Part shown: positions 25,701 through 37,378 of the stretch, piece by piece
How the letters are laid out: the number at the start of each line of letters is the position of its first letter
How positions within the stretch are numbered: the first letter of the stretch is position 1
Assembly (NCBI RefSeq): GCF_030144855.1
Contig: NC_082712.1
Coordinates: forward strand, 89,900,001 to 89,964,000
DNA: 64,000 bases
Origin: Hypanus sabinus
Taxonomy: Eukaryota
Direction of reading: 5' to 3'
Translations under genes and position numbers: made by a program
The notes under the pieces: generated by a model
Told to the model about the DNA's origin: nothing
Database searches by the model: none
What the model saw: only the letters and a program-made list of their open reading frames with translations

Positions 25701-28700
25701 CATTTCATTCAGCAGAATACCATCCCATAATACTCTCAGCAACAGATAAGCCCCGACGCTCTGAATAATAAACTAGACCAATCCAGACTAAATCGTCCTC
25801 TCTCGAAGCCTGTGACCACCAATGGGGAATTAGGCAAAGCAGGCATCAAACCCTGAGCCCCTAGATTACAGGTCAGCATCAAACCCGCTTCCCTAGACCT
25901 ACCATTCTCAACAAATATCGCTTAAACCCTTGGATGAGATCACAACGTGTAACCCATAGATGTGAATTTATAATTCTGTATATAATCCGGAACATCCCAC
26001 AATAGTTCCCAACTTGTAACTCTCTCTGGGCATATATTTCTAAATATAAACTCTCTGAACCCACGATTGCAGTCCAGTCTGCAACTCACTCCCAGGTGTC
26101 TGTGTATTGTTAGATAAACAATCTGAACACCAGATTAGATTCTGCTCCAGACCAAACTCATGGTTCGTTGTTATTCTCTATATTAAACTCACAAATTGTT
26201 TACAACGAACATAGCGTCTAACTCACGTGCGGGAATCTGTATATAACAGCATAAGCTCAATTAACCCCTTGATAGGATTCCACTCACTACTAACTCTCTG
26301 GGCTCTCTTGCCCAGAAACCAAACCCCTGGATTAGATTCCCGTCTGTATCTCACAGCTAAGTATCACTTAATCGATAAATAAACCCACGGAGCGCCTGAG
26401 TTACATCCACTACAGTAATTGAATCCTTGGGGTCTGTTATCCAACATAATTACAGTATGCTCGCCCCGACTCCCCTCTCACCACAGACTGTCAGGAATTG
26501 CTATGTGTATGTCTGTACGCGCTTGTGTGTCTGTGAGACTTCCGCAGATTCATCTGCTTCGTCTGTCTGTCTAATTCCTTATTCGGCACGGAGACATATA
26601 AATTCCGTAAACTCCGTGGCTTCCTCTATTTACCACTCGTTGTTCCCTCACTTGCAACACCCCAACCCCAGACAACAGATCCAGCCGCATCCAACTCCAC
26701 GCTCTCTGCAGACAGAGGAAGGGGTTCTCACCTTGAACTGACAGGACGGTCCCAGGACCTGTGTACTCTTCCCCCAAGATCACCACAATGCAGAAGTACA
26801 CGTTGCTGTCCTTTCCTTCGACCCGGTGTAAGCGGATGGAGCCCGTCTTGTCTCTGAGTGGCGAACCCAGGAACTTGATCCGGCCTCTGAAATCTTTGAG
26901 TGTGTAGTTATCCAGGTATCTGAACATATCTGTCTTGTGGTAATTGCGAACTCTCCACCTGATGTCAATGTCTCGGAGTGAGGAGATTTCCGGGTGCGTA
27001 AAGGTGCAGGTGAGAGTGACGGACTCGTCCACTACAGTCTCGATGTATTTCGGCTGCTCCACCCGGAAGCCACTTCCGCTGCTCCATGCTGAGGGAGACG
27101 GAGAGCAAATGGTCATTTGGGAACCTCCGACCACATCTCACCCTGCGGATAATCAGCCCGCAATTCTCTCAGCGCCAGGCAAGTCCCTGCCCTCTGAACT
27201 CCTGAAGAATTCTTTCTCCTATTAAACCCGTGAAATCCAAATTGCAACAGACCCGCACAACCGACCACCAGCATCCTGACCCGGCGTGGATAACTTCACT
27301 CACTGCATCTGTGAACTCACTCTCCCACCTGCACACTCACTCTCAAGAGCTGTTTACAAATCTAGTTATCAGTATAATTTCTATTTACAGAATTTCACTT
27401 GCTTTGGGTTTTGGTTGACAGTCTTTGCTTATGTGCAGATTATTATAAATGCTATTGTATTACATTGTTTTCGTGAAATGACTGCAAGACAAATGATTCC
27501 CAAATATGGTGACATTTACCTGGTGGTGGTGGCATCCGTCGGTCTCGAGAGACCATGGATCTGCGCCTGGAGTTTCCAGGGTACAGGCCTGGGCAGGGTT
27601 GTATGGGAGACCGGCAATTGCCCAAGCTGCAGGCCTTCCGCTCTCCACGCCACCGATGTTGTCCAAGGGAAGGGCACTAGCACCCATGCAGCTTGGCACC
27701 GGTGACATCGCAGAGCAATGTGTTGTTAAGTGCCTTGGTCAAGGACACAAACACATTGCCTCAGCTGAGGCTCGAACCAGTGACCTTCAGGTTACTAGTC
27801 TGATGCCTTGCCCACTAGGCCACGCGCCAACACAATTTACATTTACCTACATCGATAATAAATTTTACGTTTATCTTTCATACTCCGAGCCTAAGACTAC
27901 AAATGGGGAATGTAGTAACACAGGTACAAACTTATGGTCCCAGGGCTTAGATTTCAGAATCTACACACTTCGGGAATGCTATTGACTTTATAAGCACCTT
28001 TAACCCTTGCAATACTATGTGCGTGTGAACCTGCGTGGGTAGATTCCAGCCTGCAACCAACCCTTCGGATCTGTTATTCATTGTATAAACACCTCAGACC
28101 CTCGCACGAGATTCTAGCCTGGAGCTAGCCCCTGAGGATCCATTATTCGTTTTATAAACACATTAAAACATTTTACTGCATTCCAATTCGTAACTATCCC
28201 TGTGAATCGGTTATGTACTAAAGCCCGGATCTCGTACTGCCGCCCTTCGAGCTCTCCCTGCCCGTTCTGTCCTTGCCCTCTCTCCGATCAGCCATACAAG
28301 CCGCTATGAATCGCCTTCCTACAAAAAAAACCCTCCACCTCAGCAACCCTCCAGCTTTAACCCTGGCTTTAGCAACAGGCCTTTGCCCGGACCTCCTGTT
28401 CCTCATTTCAACTCTTCATACCCGTTAGCGGGTGGGAAACACTTCGAGTTGTTCCTCATCTCCGGTGATGTTGCTATTCAAATGCAGACACTTGTTCCTC
28501 CAAACCGGGAAGGCATCAGACGGACTAACGCTCCCTCTCTGAAATGGAGAAGCGGAACAGGGAGGAGGCCTCCCGAAAGGATGCCGAGGGTTCTGCACCG
28601 GACAGGGTATTCTGGAGGGCGTGTTAGGAGGCGTTGGCTGATGAGGAGAGGTGAGGAATGGGGATAGAGGTGGTACGTGATGAAGCTGGGTCTACTCACC

Positions 28701-28742
28701 CACTGTCAACTGTAGTAACACCAGACAGAGCGAAACGTCCAT
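22670..28742 (-). CDS. Predicted 5-exon IgSF receptor, join(28742-28700, 27088-26732, 25656-25282, 23280-23134, 22740-22670), 330 aa: signal peptide, V1, V2, Arg-bearing TM, short tail (PILR/Siglec-like paired-receptor type)
   Basis: All introns are GT-AG and phase 1. Exon lengths 43+357+375+147+71=993 nt give an open frame ending in TAG. The ATG is in a strong Kozak context (GACGCCATGG). The last exon is the least certain part. Confidence 0.8.
23134..23280 (-). CDS. Stalk + transmembrane exon TM1 (GVLLTPTVTQKMQTLSHGSILMIRTALVLGLLAVVWTVGIYLIKGNPVT)
   Basis: Acceptor ctcacAG, donor G|GTAACC, 147 nt. Hydrophobic stretch with an N-terminal Arg. Conserved in three paralogous copies. Confidence 0.8.
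24020..24430 (+). mobile_element. Degenerate CR1 3' end in the V2-TM intron
   Basis: ttttctctttggagcaatgcaggatgagaggtgacttgataga and ttctatg tail. Confidence 0.6.
24517..24814. repeat. Two diverged 150-bp tandem units in the V2-TM intron
   Basis: gatatcac..agggt..tt..ctggagaag.ttgagctaaaagacatt starts at 24517 and 24667. Confidence 0.8.
25282..25656 (-). CDS. Ig V-set exon V2, PILR-like (ILPCSFTYP...ITWRVGGFHG...YYCC...EWQSISGTFLSV)
   Basis: Acceptor tccctcAG, donor G|GTGAGT, 375 nt open. WRxGxFHG and WQSIxGTxLS resemble mammalian PILR V domains (recalled, not searched). Confidence 0.9.
26732..27088 (-). CDS. Ig V-set exon V1 (FRVEQPKY...TLTCTF...IRWRV...YFCIVVILGEEYTGPGTVLSV)
   Basis: Acceptor tccctcAG, donor G|GTGAGA, 357 nt open. 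Has the B-strand Cys, C-strand Trp, D-x-x-x-Y-x-C motif and GxGT G strand. Confidence 0.9.
27522..27838 (-). mobile_element. Complete tRNA-derived SINE with 10-bp TSD, specific to copy B, in the leader-V1 intron
   Basis: A box TGGCCTAGTGG, B box GGTTCGAGCC, CORE/Meta-like gtgtccttgaccaaggcacttaac, (CAC)n tail. TSD acatttacct at 27512-27521 and 27839-27848. Empty site at about 482-491. Confidence 0.9.
28700..28742 (-). CDS. Leader (signal peptide) exon MDVSLCLVLLQLTV
   Basis: GCCATGG start, hydrophobic 14 codons plus 1 nt, donor G|GTGAGT. Splices in frame to AWSSGSG of V1. Confidence 0.85.
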
Positions 28743-28758
28743 GGCGTCTCCCCACCAA

Positions 28759-28768
28759 CACTTCCTCT
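28759..28768 (-). promoter_or_regulatory. ETS/PU.1-type site (AGAGGAAGTG) just upstream of the ATG; second copy at 1319-1328
   Basis: Exact GAGGAAGT core in both paralogues. Motif match only. Confidence 0.35.
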
Positions 28769-29704
28769 CTGGATCTGATCGCGTCCGTCGGTAACTCTGG
28801 CTGTGACTCACGACAGCCCTGGCAATGAGTCACTGCTTCTGCTTTCTTCAGTCCCCCGACTCCGCCTCCAGCTCTTGGGTTCCATCACCCCTCGGGTCAT
28901 TTCCCTTGCTCCTGCCCCACCCGCTGGTCACTACACGTCGGTCGGCTTGTACGTCCAAAGTGGGGAGTGAGGTGAATTCTCCCTGCGGTGAGGTAGAGTT
29001 GGTGAAGGGAGAGTTAGTGAACCGGGAAATCATCACCACAAACGTGTGAGGGGCAAGTTGGAGCAGGAGGCGGGAGTTGTGAAAAGTGTTGCATCTCGAC
29101 GCGTATTGCACAGTTCATGTGTTCTGAATCAACGAAAGAGACACTTTCTCCAAATTATTGAAAGAAAATTGATTTGTTAATTCGTTGATTGGCAGCAGCC
29201 AATATACAGAAGTTAGGAGCCTGCAAACTGCCATTGATTGTTGCCAAATAATCGCTTAACATGAGGATATAAACGTAGAGGTGCCTTTGCGTGAGAGGGA
29301 GATGAAATCTAGAATTAAACAGACCATTGGATCACTGCGGCAACCAGGTTGGGACAAAGAAAACGAAGGACCGCATTGATATGAAATCCAGAGGATGGTG
29401 GGAATTCAAGTGGTAAGTTGGTATAAAAGGTCTGAAAAGTTATACTGACTTGTTTTTGTATTGGACGTGCTCTTAAATAGTTTATTTATTGAGTTACAGC
29501 GCGGAATTGGCCTTTCCGGTCCTTCGAGATGCGCCACTCAACAGTCTTCGACTGAACCCTAGCCTAATCACCGACAATTAACAATGACCAATTAACCCAC
29601 CAACCAGTCCGTCTTCGGACTGTGGGAGGAAACCGGAACACCTAGAGGCAACCCACTGGGTCACAGGGCGAACGTCCAAACTCATTAGAGACACCGACAC
29701 CAGT

Positions 29705-31593
29705 ATCAAGCATATTAATTCTGTTTGAAACCATTATGGGAAGCATATATAGGCCTCTAAATAGTAGCCAAGATGTGGTGCTGAGATTGCAAAGGAAGCT
29801 GGAAAGGGCATGTAATAAGCGCAATTTCAGAATTGTAACGGAGAACTTCAATACTCAACGGGATTTGGAAAACCAGTTTGGTGTCGGTTCGCAAAAGAGG
29901 GAATTTGTTGAATGCCTACGAGATGTTTTTTTAGAGCAGTTTCTGTTCTAGCCTACTTGGGGAAAGGCTATCTTGGATTGAATGTTGTGTAATAAGCCGG
30001 ATCTCATCAGTCCGCTTAAAGTAGAGGATCCCCGAGGAGGCAGCGATCATACCGCAACTTAAGAGGGAGATGCCTAAGACCCGTGTATAAGTATCGCGCT
30101 GGAATAAAAGAAACTACAGAGGCCTGAGAGAGCTGCTTTCCCAGGTGGATCGAAGGGGGATACTGGCGGAGTTGACAGCAGAACAAGGGTGGTTGAAGTT
30201 TGTGGGAATAGTTCACAAAGCCCAGGATAGATATGTCCCACAGAAGAAGTAATTCTCAAATGGCAGGGCGAGGCAACAGTGGCTGGCAAGCGAAGTTAAG
30301 GGCTACATAAAACCCAAGGAAAAGCTATATACGGTAGCAGAAGTGAGTGGGATGTTGGATGATTGGGAAGCTTTTAAAATCCAACAAAAGGCAACTAAAA
30401 AAGCTTTTCGAAGGGAAAAGTTGTAAAATGATGGCAAACATTCCAATAATATAAAACAGAATACTAGAAGGTTTTTTAGTTACATAAAGAGTAAAAGAGA
30501 TGTAAGAGTATTGGACCACTGGAAAATGATGCTGGTGAGGTGGTAATGGGGGACAAAGAAATGGCAGGTAAACTAAATGGGTACTTTTCATCAGTCCTTA
30601 CTGTGGAAGACACTGGCAGTGTTCTAGAGGTCTGTGAGTGTCAGCGAGCAGGAGTAGCTGCTATTGAGATTAAAACGAATCAAAGGGGAAAGGTGCTAGG
30701 TAAACTCAAAGGTCTTAACGTGGATAAGCCATCTGGGGCAGATGGACTACATTCCAGAATAATGTGAGGTTGCTGAAGAGCTGATGGTTGCATTTGTCAT
30801 GATCTTTCAAGAATCACTTGATTCTGACATGGTCTCGGAGGACTGGATAATTGCAAATGTAACTCCATTCTTTCGGAAGGAAGGATGACAAAAGAGAGGA
30901 AATGATTAGGCTAGTCAGCCTAACCTCAATGGTTAGGAAAGTGCTGCAGAACATTATTAATTACGAGGGTGCAGGGTACTTGGAGACCAATGATACAATA
31001 AGGCAAAGTCAGCACGGTTTCTGCAAAGGGAAATCTTGTCGGACATATCTGCTAGAATTCTTCGAGGAAGTAACACGCAGGATGGACAAAGGAGAGGCAG
31101 TGGATATCATTTGCTAGATGTTCATAAGACATTTGATTAAGTGCCTCACATCAGGCTGCTAAACAAGATAAACTACGGTGCTACAGGAAAGATAGTGACA
31201 TGGATGGACGAATGGTTGACAGGCAGGGTGCAGTGAGTGGAGAGAAAGGAGGCATTTTCTCGTTGGCTGCCAGTGATTAGTGGTGTTCCTCAGTCGTCCG
31301 TATTAGGACTGCTACTTTTAAAATTGTTTATCAATGATTTCTATGGTAAACTGATGGCTTTCCAGAAAAGTTTGTAGATGATAGGAAGATAGGTGGAGGG
31401 GTAGGTAGTGCTGAGATAACAAAGCATTTGCAGCAGAGCTTAGACAAATTGGAAGGATGGGCAAAAAAAAGTGGCAGATGGAATTTCGTCTTGGAAAATT
31501 ACGATAATGCATTTTGGGAAATGGTATAATATTTCAGACTATTATCTAAATGGGAAGGAAACATTAGAGGTACAAAAGGACTTAGAAGTCTTC
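29705..31593 (+). mobile_element. CR1 ORF2 fragment, continuing at 34096-34760
   Basis: [22 protein letters not shown] and related peptides. Interrupted by the LTR element. Confidence 0.85.
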
Positions 31594-34095
31594 TGTTACG
31601 TACCCCGTAACGGGTTAAAAAGAACCAGCAGAAAGGGACACACCTGGAGTCTGAATCTTCCGTTATAAACTCCATTTTATTAGTAACTTATGAATAAAGT
31701 AATATAAAACAAGATAAGATAAACAGGTTAGCAAAGTATATGCATATACATAGGTGAGTAAATAACATTCCCAAGCTTCCCCAGCTCAGGTGGTAGTCGA
31801 TACCGTCTTACGGTGGTATGGTAAGTAATCGGTTCAGTTCCAGAATTTGATTTGAATAGAGTTGGAGAGAAAGAGAGATACAGTGTTGTTTTGTGTTCTA
31901 CTGCCGATGCCGATGTTCCACATCGTCCTCCTTGCTTCTGAAACTTCTTTAAAGTCACCAACTTGTGACGACAGAAAGGGAACCGTTTCCACGGTAATGC
32001 TATCAACCCAGGCCAGGGTTAAACACACCAACAGCGTTCCACCAGTCACTGCTTTGTCCACACTGTGAGCAAAAACCCCACCCTTGTGGGCACACAAAAC
32101 TCCCCAGTATCCTCCTTGCCTCTGGCGCCATGTGTGTCTCTAGTGTGCCTGATTAAAAAGTCGACTGACCCTGCGTTTATCGCCAAGTACTGAACACAAG
32201 CTGTCCATCATATAACTCCGTCTTTCGGTTTCCAAGGCAACTCACAGACACTCTCCCTCTCTCCCTGTTGCTGAATTAGTACACAAGCTGTCGCTCCTTT
32301 TCTCCCTCTCTCTTAAAGGAACAGTCCACTTTAGAATAATCCTTCAGATCTCGTCACACCTCTCTCCTTTTAGGAAAAATTTTGATGAAACAGCAACATT
32401 TTTGTCTTCCCTATCGATTATACAGATTAAAGCAAGCAAAGCATTACAAACTTAAACTTAAACTCGAGACAATCTGCTATAATATTGTCAGTAGCTTTCA
32501 GGTGTTTTATTTCCATGTCTTACTGTTGCAAGATCAGACTCCAGTTAAGCAACCTTCTATTCTTATCCTTCATTTCACTCAGAAACTCCAATGGATTATG
32601 GTCAGTGTAAACCACAAGTGGTTTCTGCGCAGGACATAAGTAGACATCGAAATGTTGCAATGCTAAAATTAGAGCTAACTGCTCTTTTTTAACAGTTGAG
32701 TAATTTTTCTGGTGCACATTAAATTTCTTTGAGAAATAGGCGACTGGATGTTCAATTTCATCATCATCCTTTTGCAACATTACTACCCCGGCAGCTTCAT
32801 CACTGGCGTCTACCGCGACTGAAAATGGTTTATTGAAATCAGGTGCTTTGAGCACAGGGTGACAACACAGAACGATTTTCAGACTGTCAAATGCGTCTTG
32901 GCAGAGGTCATTCCACACAATTCTTTCACTCCTCCCTAGGAGTTTCGTTAGGGGGAGAGCGATGTCTGCGAAGTTCTTACAAAACTTACAGTAATACCCA
33001 ACCATTCCCAAAAACCTTTGTAACGCTTTCTTGCCCGTCGGAACGGGAACCTCAGCAATAGCCTGAACCTTGGCCTGCACAGGAGCCAGTTGGCCCTGGC
33101 CTACTACATAGCCAAGATACGTGACAGTGGCGTGGCCAAATTCACTTTTAGCAAGGTTTACAGTGAGATTTGCCTTGGACAGCTTTTCAAACAGTTTCTC
33201 TACTACTGAGATATGCTCCTCCCAGGTGTCATTCTATACAACCAAGTCATCAATATAAGACCCTGTATTTTTTAAACCTTGGAATGTCACTGGAACATTT
33301 TATTTATCCCAAAGGGTAAAACATTGTCCTGATACAATCCAGATGGTGTCACAAGGCAGGAATTTCTTTAGCCCTTTCTGTTAAAGGAACACACCGGTAA
33401 CCTTTCTACAGGTCAATCTCTGTAAGGTATTTAGCCCTCCCCACTTTGTCAATACAGTCATTCACTCTTGGGATGGGATAAGCATCTGTTTTAGTTACTG
33501 CCTTAACTTTCCTGTAATCAGCACAGAATCTCATACCGTCTTACGGTGGTATGGTAAGTAATCAGTTCAGTTTTGGAATTTGATTTGAGTAGAGATGGAG
33601 AGAGAGGGAGATAAAGTGTTGCTTTGTCTTCCAATGTCGATGCCGATCCTCCACGGCGTCCTCCTGCTCCCGAAACTTACAGTCACCACTTGTGACCACA
33701 GAAAGGGAACCGTTTCCATGGTAATGCTATCAACTCAGGCCAGGGTTAAAAAACACCGATAGTGTTCCACTGGTCGCTGCTTTGTTCACACTGTGAGCGA
33801 AGACCCCACCCTTGTTTGGGGCACACAAAGCTCACCAGTGTCCTCCTTGCGTCTGCTGTCGTGTGTTTCTTCTGTGTCTCCAGTGGGTCTGATTAAAAAG
33901 TCGACTGACCTTGCATATATCTCCAAGTGCTGAACACGAGCTGTTCATCATATAACTCCGCCTTTCGGTTTCCAAGGCAACTCACAGACTCTCTCTCTCC
34001 CTGTTGCTGAATTAGTACACAAGCTGTTCGCTCCCTCTCTCCCTCTCTCTTAAAGGAACAGTCCACTTCAGAATAATCACTCAGATCTCATCACA
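31594..34095 (-). mobile_element. Deleted Ty3/Gypsy LTR element, probably Gmr1-like: 3' LTR 31594-32358, PPT 32359-32371, RT end + RNase H about 32480-33300, truncated 5' LTR 33533-34095
   Basis: TG...CA ends; PPT aaaaggagagagg; FLGMVGYYCKF, AVDASDEAAG, VAYFSKK, YTDHNPL; candidate 4-bp TSD cttc/cctc. Confidence 0.8.
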
Positions 34096-35129
34096 CCTCA
34101 TGAAAGACTCCTAGAAATTTAATTCTGTGGTCAAAAAGGCAAATGCAATGTTGCCATTTATTTAAAAGGAATAGATTATAAACAAGCTGATAATACTGAA
34201 GCTTTAAAAGACTCTTGTCAGGCCTCACTTGGAGTATTGTCAAAAGTTTTGGGCCCCTTATCGCAGAAAGAATGTATTTTCAGTGGAGAGAGTACAGGTG
34301 AGGTTCACAACAATGATTTCAGAATGAAGGAGTTAACGTATGAAGAGGGTTTTGCAGCTTTGGGCCTGTACTCAGTGGAATTTTGAAGAATGCATCTAAA
34401 ACTCATTGAAACCTACTGAATGTTGAAAATACTAGATAAGGTGAATGCAGAGAGTATGTGCCCACTCGAGGGGGTATCCAGAACTAGAGGGTACAGCATT
34501 AACATTGAGTGGTGACCTTTTACACCAGGCAAAGAATGATGAATCTGTGGAATGTTCTGCCAAAGACTGTGGTAGAGGTTATGTCCATGGGTATATTTAA
34601 AGGAGAAGTTGATAGATTCCTGATTGGTTAGGGCATCAAGGGATATCGTGAGAGGGCAGGTGTATGGGGTTCAATGGGATCTGGATCAGCCACGATGAAA
34701 CACAGACTGGACTCAGTAGGCTGTCTGACCTAACTCTGCTCCATTATCTTATGATCATACGATACTATCATCTGTACGAAGTGCACAGATCAAGAATTGG
34801 TGCCATACATGTTGCTTGAGTGCAGTTCCTAAGAGGAGTGTAGAAAACTTCAAATAGCTAAATCAAAATCCTTCGCACGGGGAGATTAAACTGTAAATAT
34901 TATTAGGATACGACTCCTATCGTAATATGCATATGAATATGCATTTTACTTTCTGAAGAGCATTAGACTTCTTGATATTACTTGAGACATTTTGGGGAGC
35001 ATGGTGGATTTTGTGTTTATTCTTCCTGTCTCTTTGGTTTACACTCTCATTCAGCACGTGGCAGTAATGGACCTTATTTTGGTCTGTCACCGCAATCAAA
35101 CTTTAAAAGATGAAGAAGAATAAGAAGAA

Positions 35130-36240
35130 TGACTATTGTGGGAGTACAGAAAACACAACCAGTACGCTGGAAGTTGAAGAGTTTTGGGAGAAGCGGTTGC
35201 TGAATTTGCCATTACTAGAGAAAAAGTTCTTGGGAAACTGAAGGTTCTGAAGTGAGATAAGTGACCTCGACCAGATAATCTTCACCCCAGTGTTCTGAAA
35301 GTGGTGGCTGAAGAGATCGCTGAGGCTTAGCAATGATTTCACAAGAATCAATGGACTCTGGCAAGGTTCTGGTGAACTGGAAAATTGGAAATATCACTCC
35401 TCTCTTTAAGAAGGCAGAAAAATAAAAGAAAGGAAATTATAGGCGAGTTAGTCTGACTTCAGTATTTGGGAAGCTGTTGGAGTCGATTATTGAAGATATG
35501 GTTTCAAGGAATTTGACCCACATGATGTAATAGACCAAAGTTAGCATGGTTTTACATCAGGGTAAATCTGGCCTGTTTGAATTATTTGAGAAAACAGCAG
35601 GCACAATAAACAAAGGATAATCAATGGATATAGTGTACTTAGATTTTCAGAAGGCCTTTCACAAGGTGCCATACATGAGATTGCTTATCCATTTAAGAGC
35701 TGGTGATATTACAGGAAAGATACTAGCATGGATAAAACATTGGCTGATGGGCAAAGACAAATATTGGGAATAAAAGGAGCCTTTTAAGTTGGCTGCCTGG
35801 AGTTTAATGGCGTTCCACAGGTGTCTGTGTTAGGTGACTTCTTCTTACATTGAACATCAATGATTTGAATGACTGAATTGATGACTTTGTGCCTAAGTTT
35901 GCAGATGGTACGAAGATAGGTGGAGAGGCAGGCAGCTTTGAGAAAGCAGAGTTGCTAACTCATTTTAGACAAACAAAGAGAATGAGCGAAATAGTGGCGG
36001 ACAGAATATGGTGTCCGGAAGTGTACGGTCTTGCACTTTGGTAGATGAAATAAAAGCAGATACTGTTTTTAACTGATGCGAAAATTGAAAGATCTCAGCA
36101 GCAAAGAGAATGGGAATCCTGGTGCAGGGTTCCCTAAAGGCTGATTTGCACGTTAATCTGTGGTGAGAAAGGCAAATGCGATGCTAGCATTCTTTTGAGA
36201 ATAGAAAAGGAAGGATGTAATGTAGAGGGTTAATGTTGAA
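35130..36240 (+). mobile_element. CR1 RT-region fragment (paralogue of 7080-8210)
   Basis: gtgtacttagattttcagaaggcctttcacaaggtgcc and collinearity with copy A. Confidence 0.8.
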
Positions 36241-36646
36241 GAACTTCATGCGTGCATAGACACAATAAAAAACTGACTCACAGCAGCATCGCACACATAG
36301 CATCAGTTAAGCAGCATGCAGTAGCCAAATATTTATTATACACAAATTATATACAATTTGTGGCGACCCACTTCCCAGCGAACTCGAACCGGCTCACAAA
36401 GCGGCTCGCGCCGGCATTGAGGCCGGTCCCAAAGGGGACGCCAAGCCTGCTTCACCAGCGAGGGGAAAAGCCCGAGCGCGGGTCGGGACTGTGAGTACGC
36501 GCCCCCTACAGCATTCCCGCCCGGGGAGGGCGGGATCAGGAAGGCTTTAAAGCGAGGCCGCGAAGTTTGAATAAATCTCTTTTGGAACTGCAGCTCACCG
36601 ACTACGTGTCGTTATTTCAGCGCTGCGTATAGCACACCGCTACAAT

Positions 36647-36659
36647 TGGTGACCCCGAC
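36647..36659 (+). promoter_or_regulatory. Primer-binding site complementary to the tRNA-Trp 3' end
   Basis: TGGTGACCCCGAC, 2 nt after the LTR end. Vertebrate tRNA-Trp ends ...GUCGGGGUCACCA. Confidence 0.85.
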
Positions 36660-36684
36660 AGCCCAAACGATTTTTGGACCGGAG

Positions 36685-37378
36685 ATGAACGACGCCGCAT
36701 CTGTTCATGCGGTTTCGTTAAAACTGCCAAGCTTCTGGAAGCTGCGACCTCACCTATGGTTCCAGCAAGCAGAAGCCCAATTCCACATTCAGCAGATAAC
36801 CTCGGATGCCACACGTTAGTATTATGTGGTGAGCTCCCTCGACCAGGAGACAGCTGCCCAGGTTGAGGAGTTCATACGGTCACCCCCAGCAGACGGAATT
36901 CAAAGCCCTGCTCATAAGGACTTTCGGCCTCTCACGGCGCGAGCGAGCTGCCCGCTTACTGCACCTGGATGGTTTGGGAGACAGGCCGCCGTCGGCTTTA
37001 ATGAACGAGATGCTGTCCTTGGCCGAAGGACACAAGCCCTGCCTTATGTTTGAGCAGGCATTCCTGGAGCAGCTGCCCGAGGACATACACCTGCTGCTGT
37101 CCGACGCGGATTTCAGCGACCCCCAGAAGGTAGCGGCCTGGGCAGACGTGCTGTGGAAAGCCAAGAAAGAGAGTGGGGCGTCCGTCGCACAGATCACCAG
37201 GCCACGCTCCCGGCAGCAGACCAGACCAGGCCCGGCTGCAGAGCCCGCTAACCCCAGAGGCAGGGGTGAGGAGACCAACGACCAATGGTGCTTCTACCAC
37301 CAGCGGTGGGGCGCAGAAGCCCACCGCTGCAGCCCGCCTTGCAAGTTCCCGGGAAATGCCAGGGCCAGCAGCAGCTGA
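36685..37378 (+). pseudogene. gag: Gag with one premature TAG and one frameshift
   Basis: MNDAASVHAVSLKLPSFW...WFQQAEAQF; C-x2-H-x9-C-x3-C knuckle CFYHQRWGAEAHRCSPPC. Confidence 0.85.

Noticed and set aside
25740-26700. Recurrent short motifs (aactctctgggc, attagattc) in the V1-V2 intron
   Set aside because: Looks like an old degenerate tandem repeat; no consistent period or open frame could be established by eye.
27760-27838. tRNA gene
   Set aside because: The A/B boxes are the head of a SINE with tail and TSD; no complete cloverleaf or acceptor stem.
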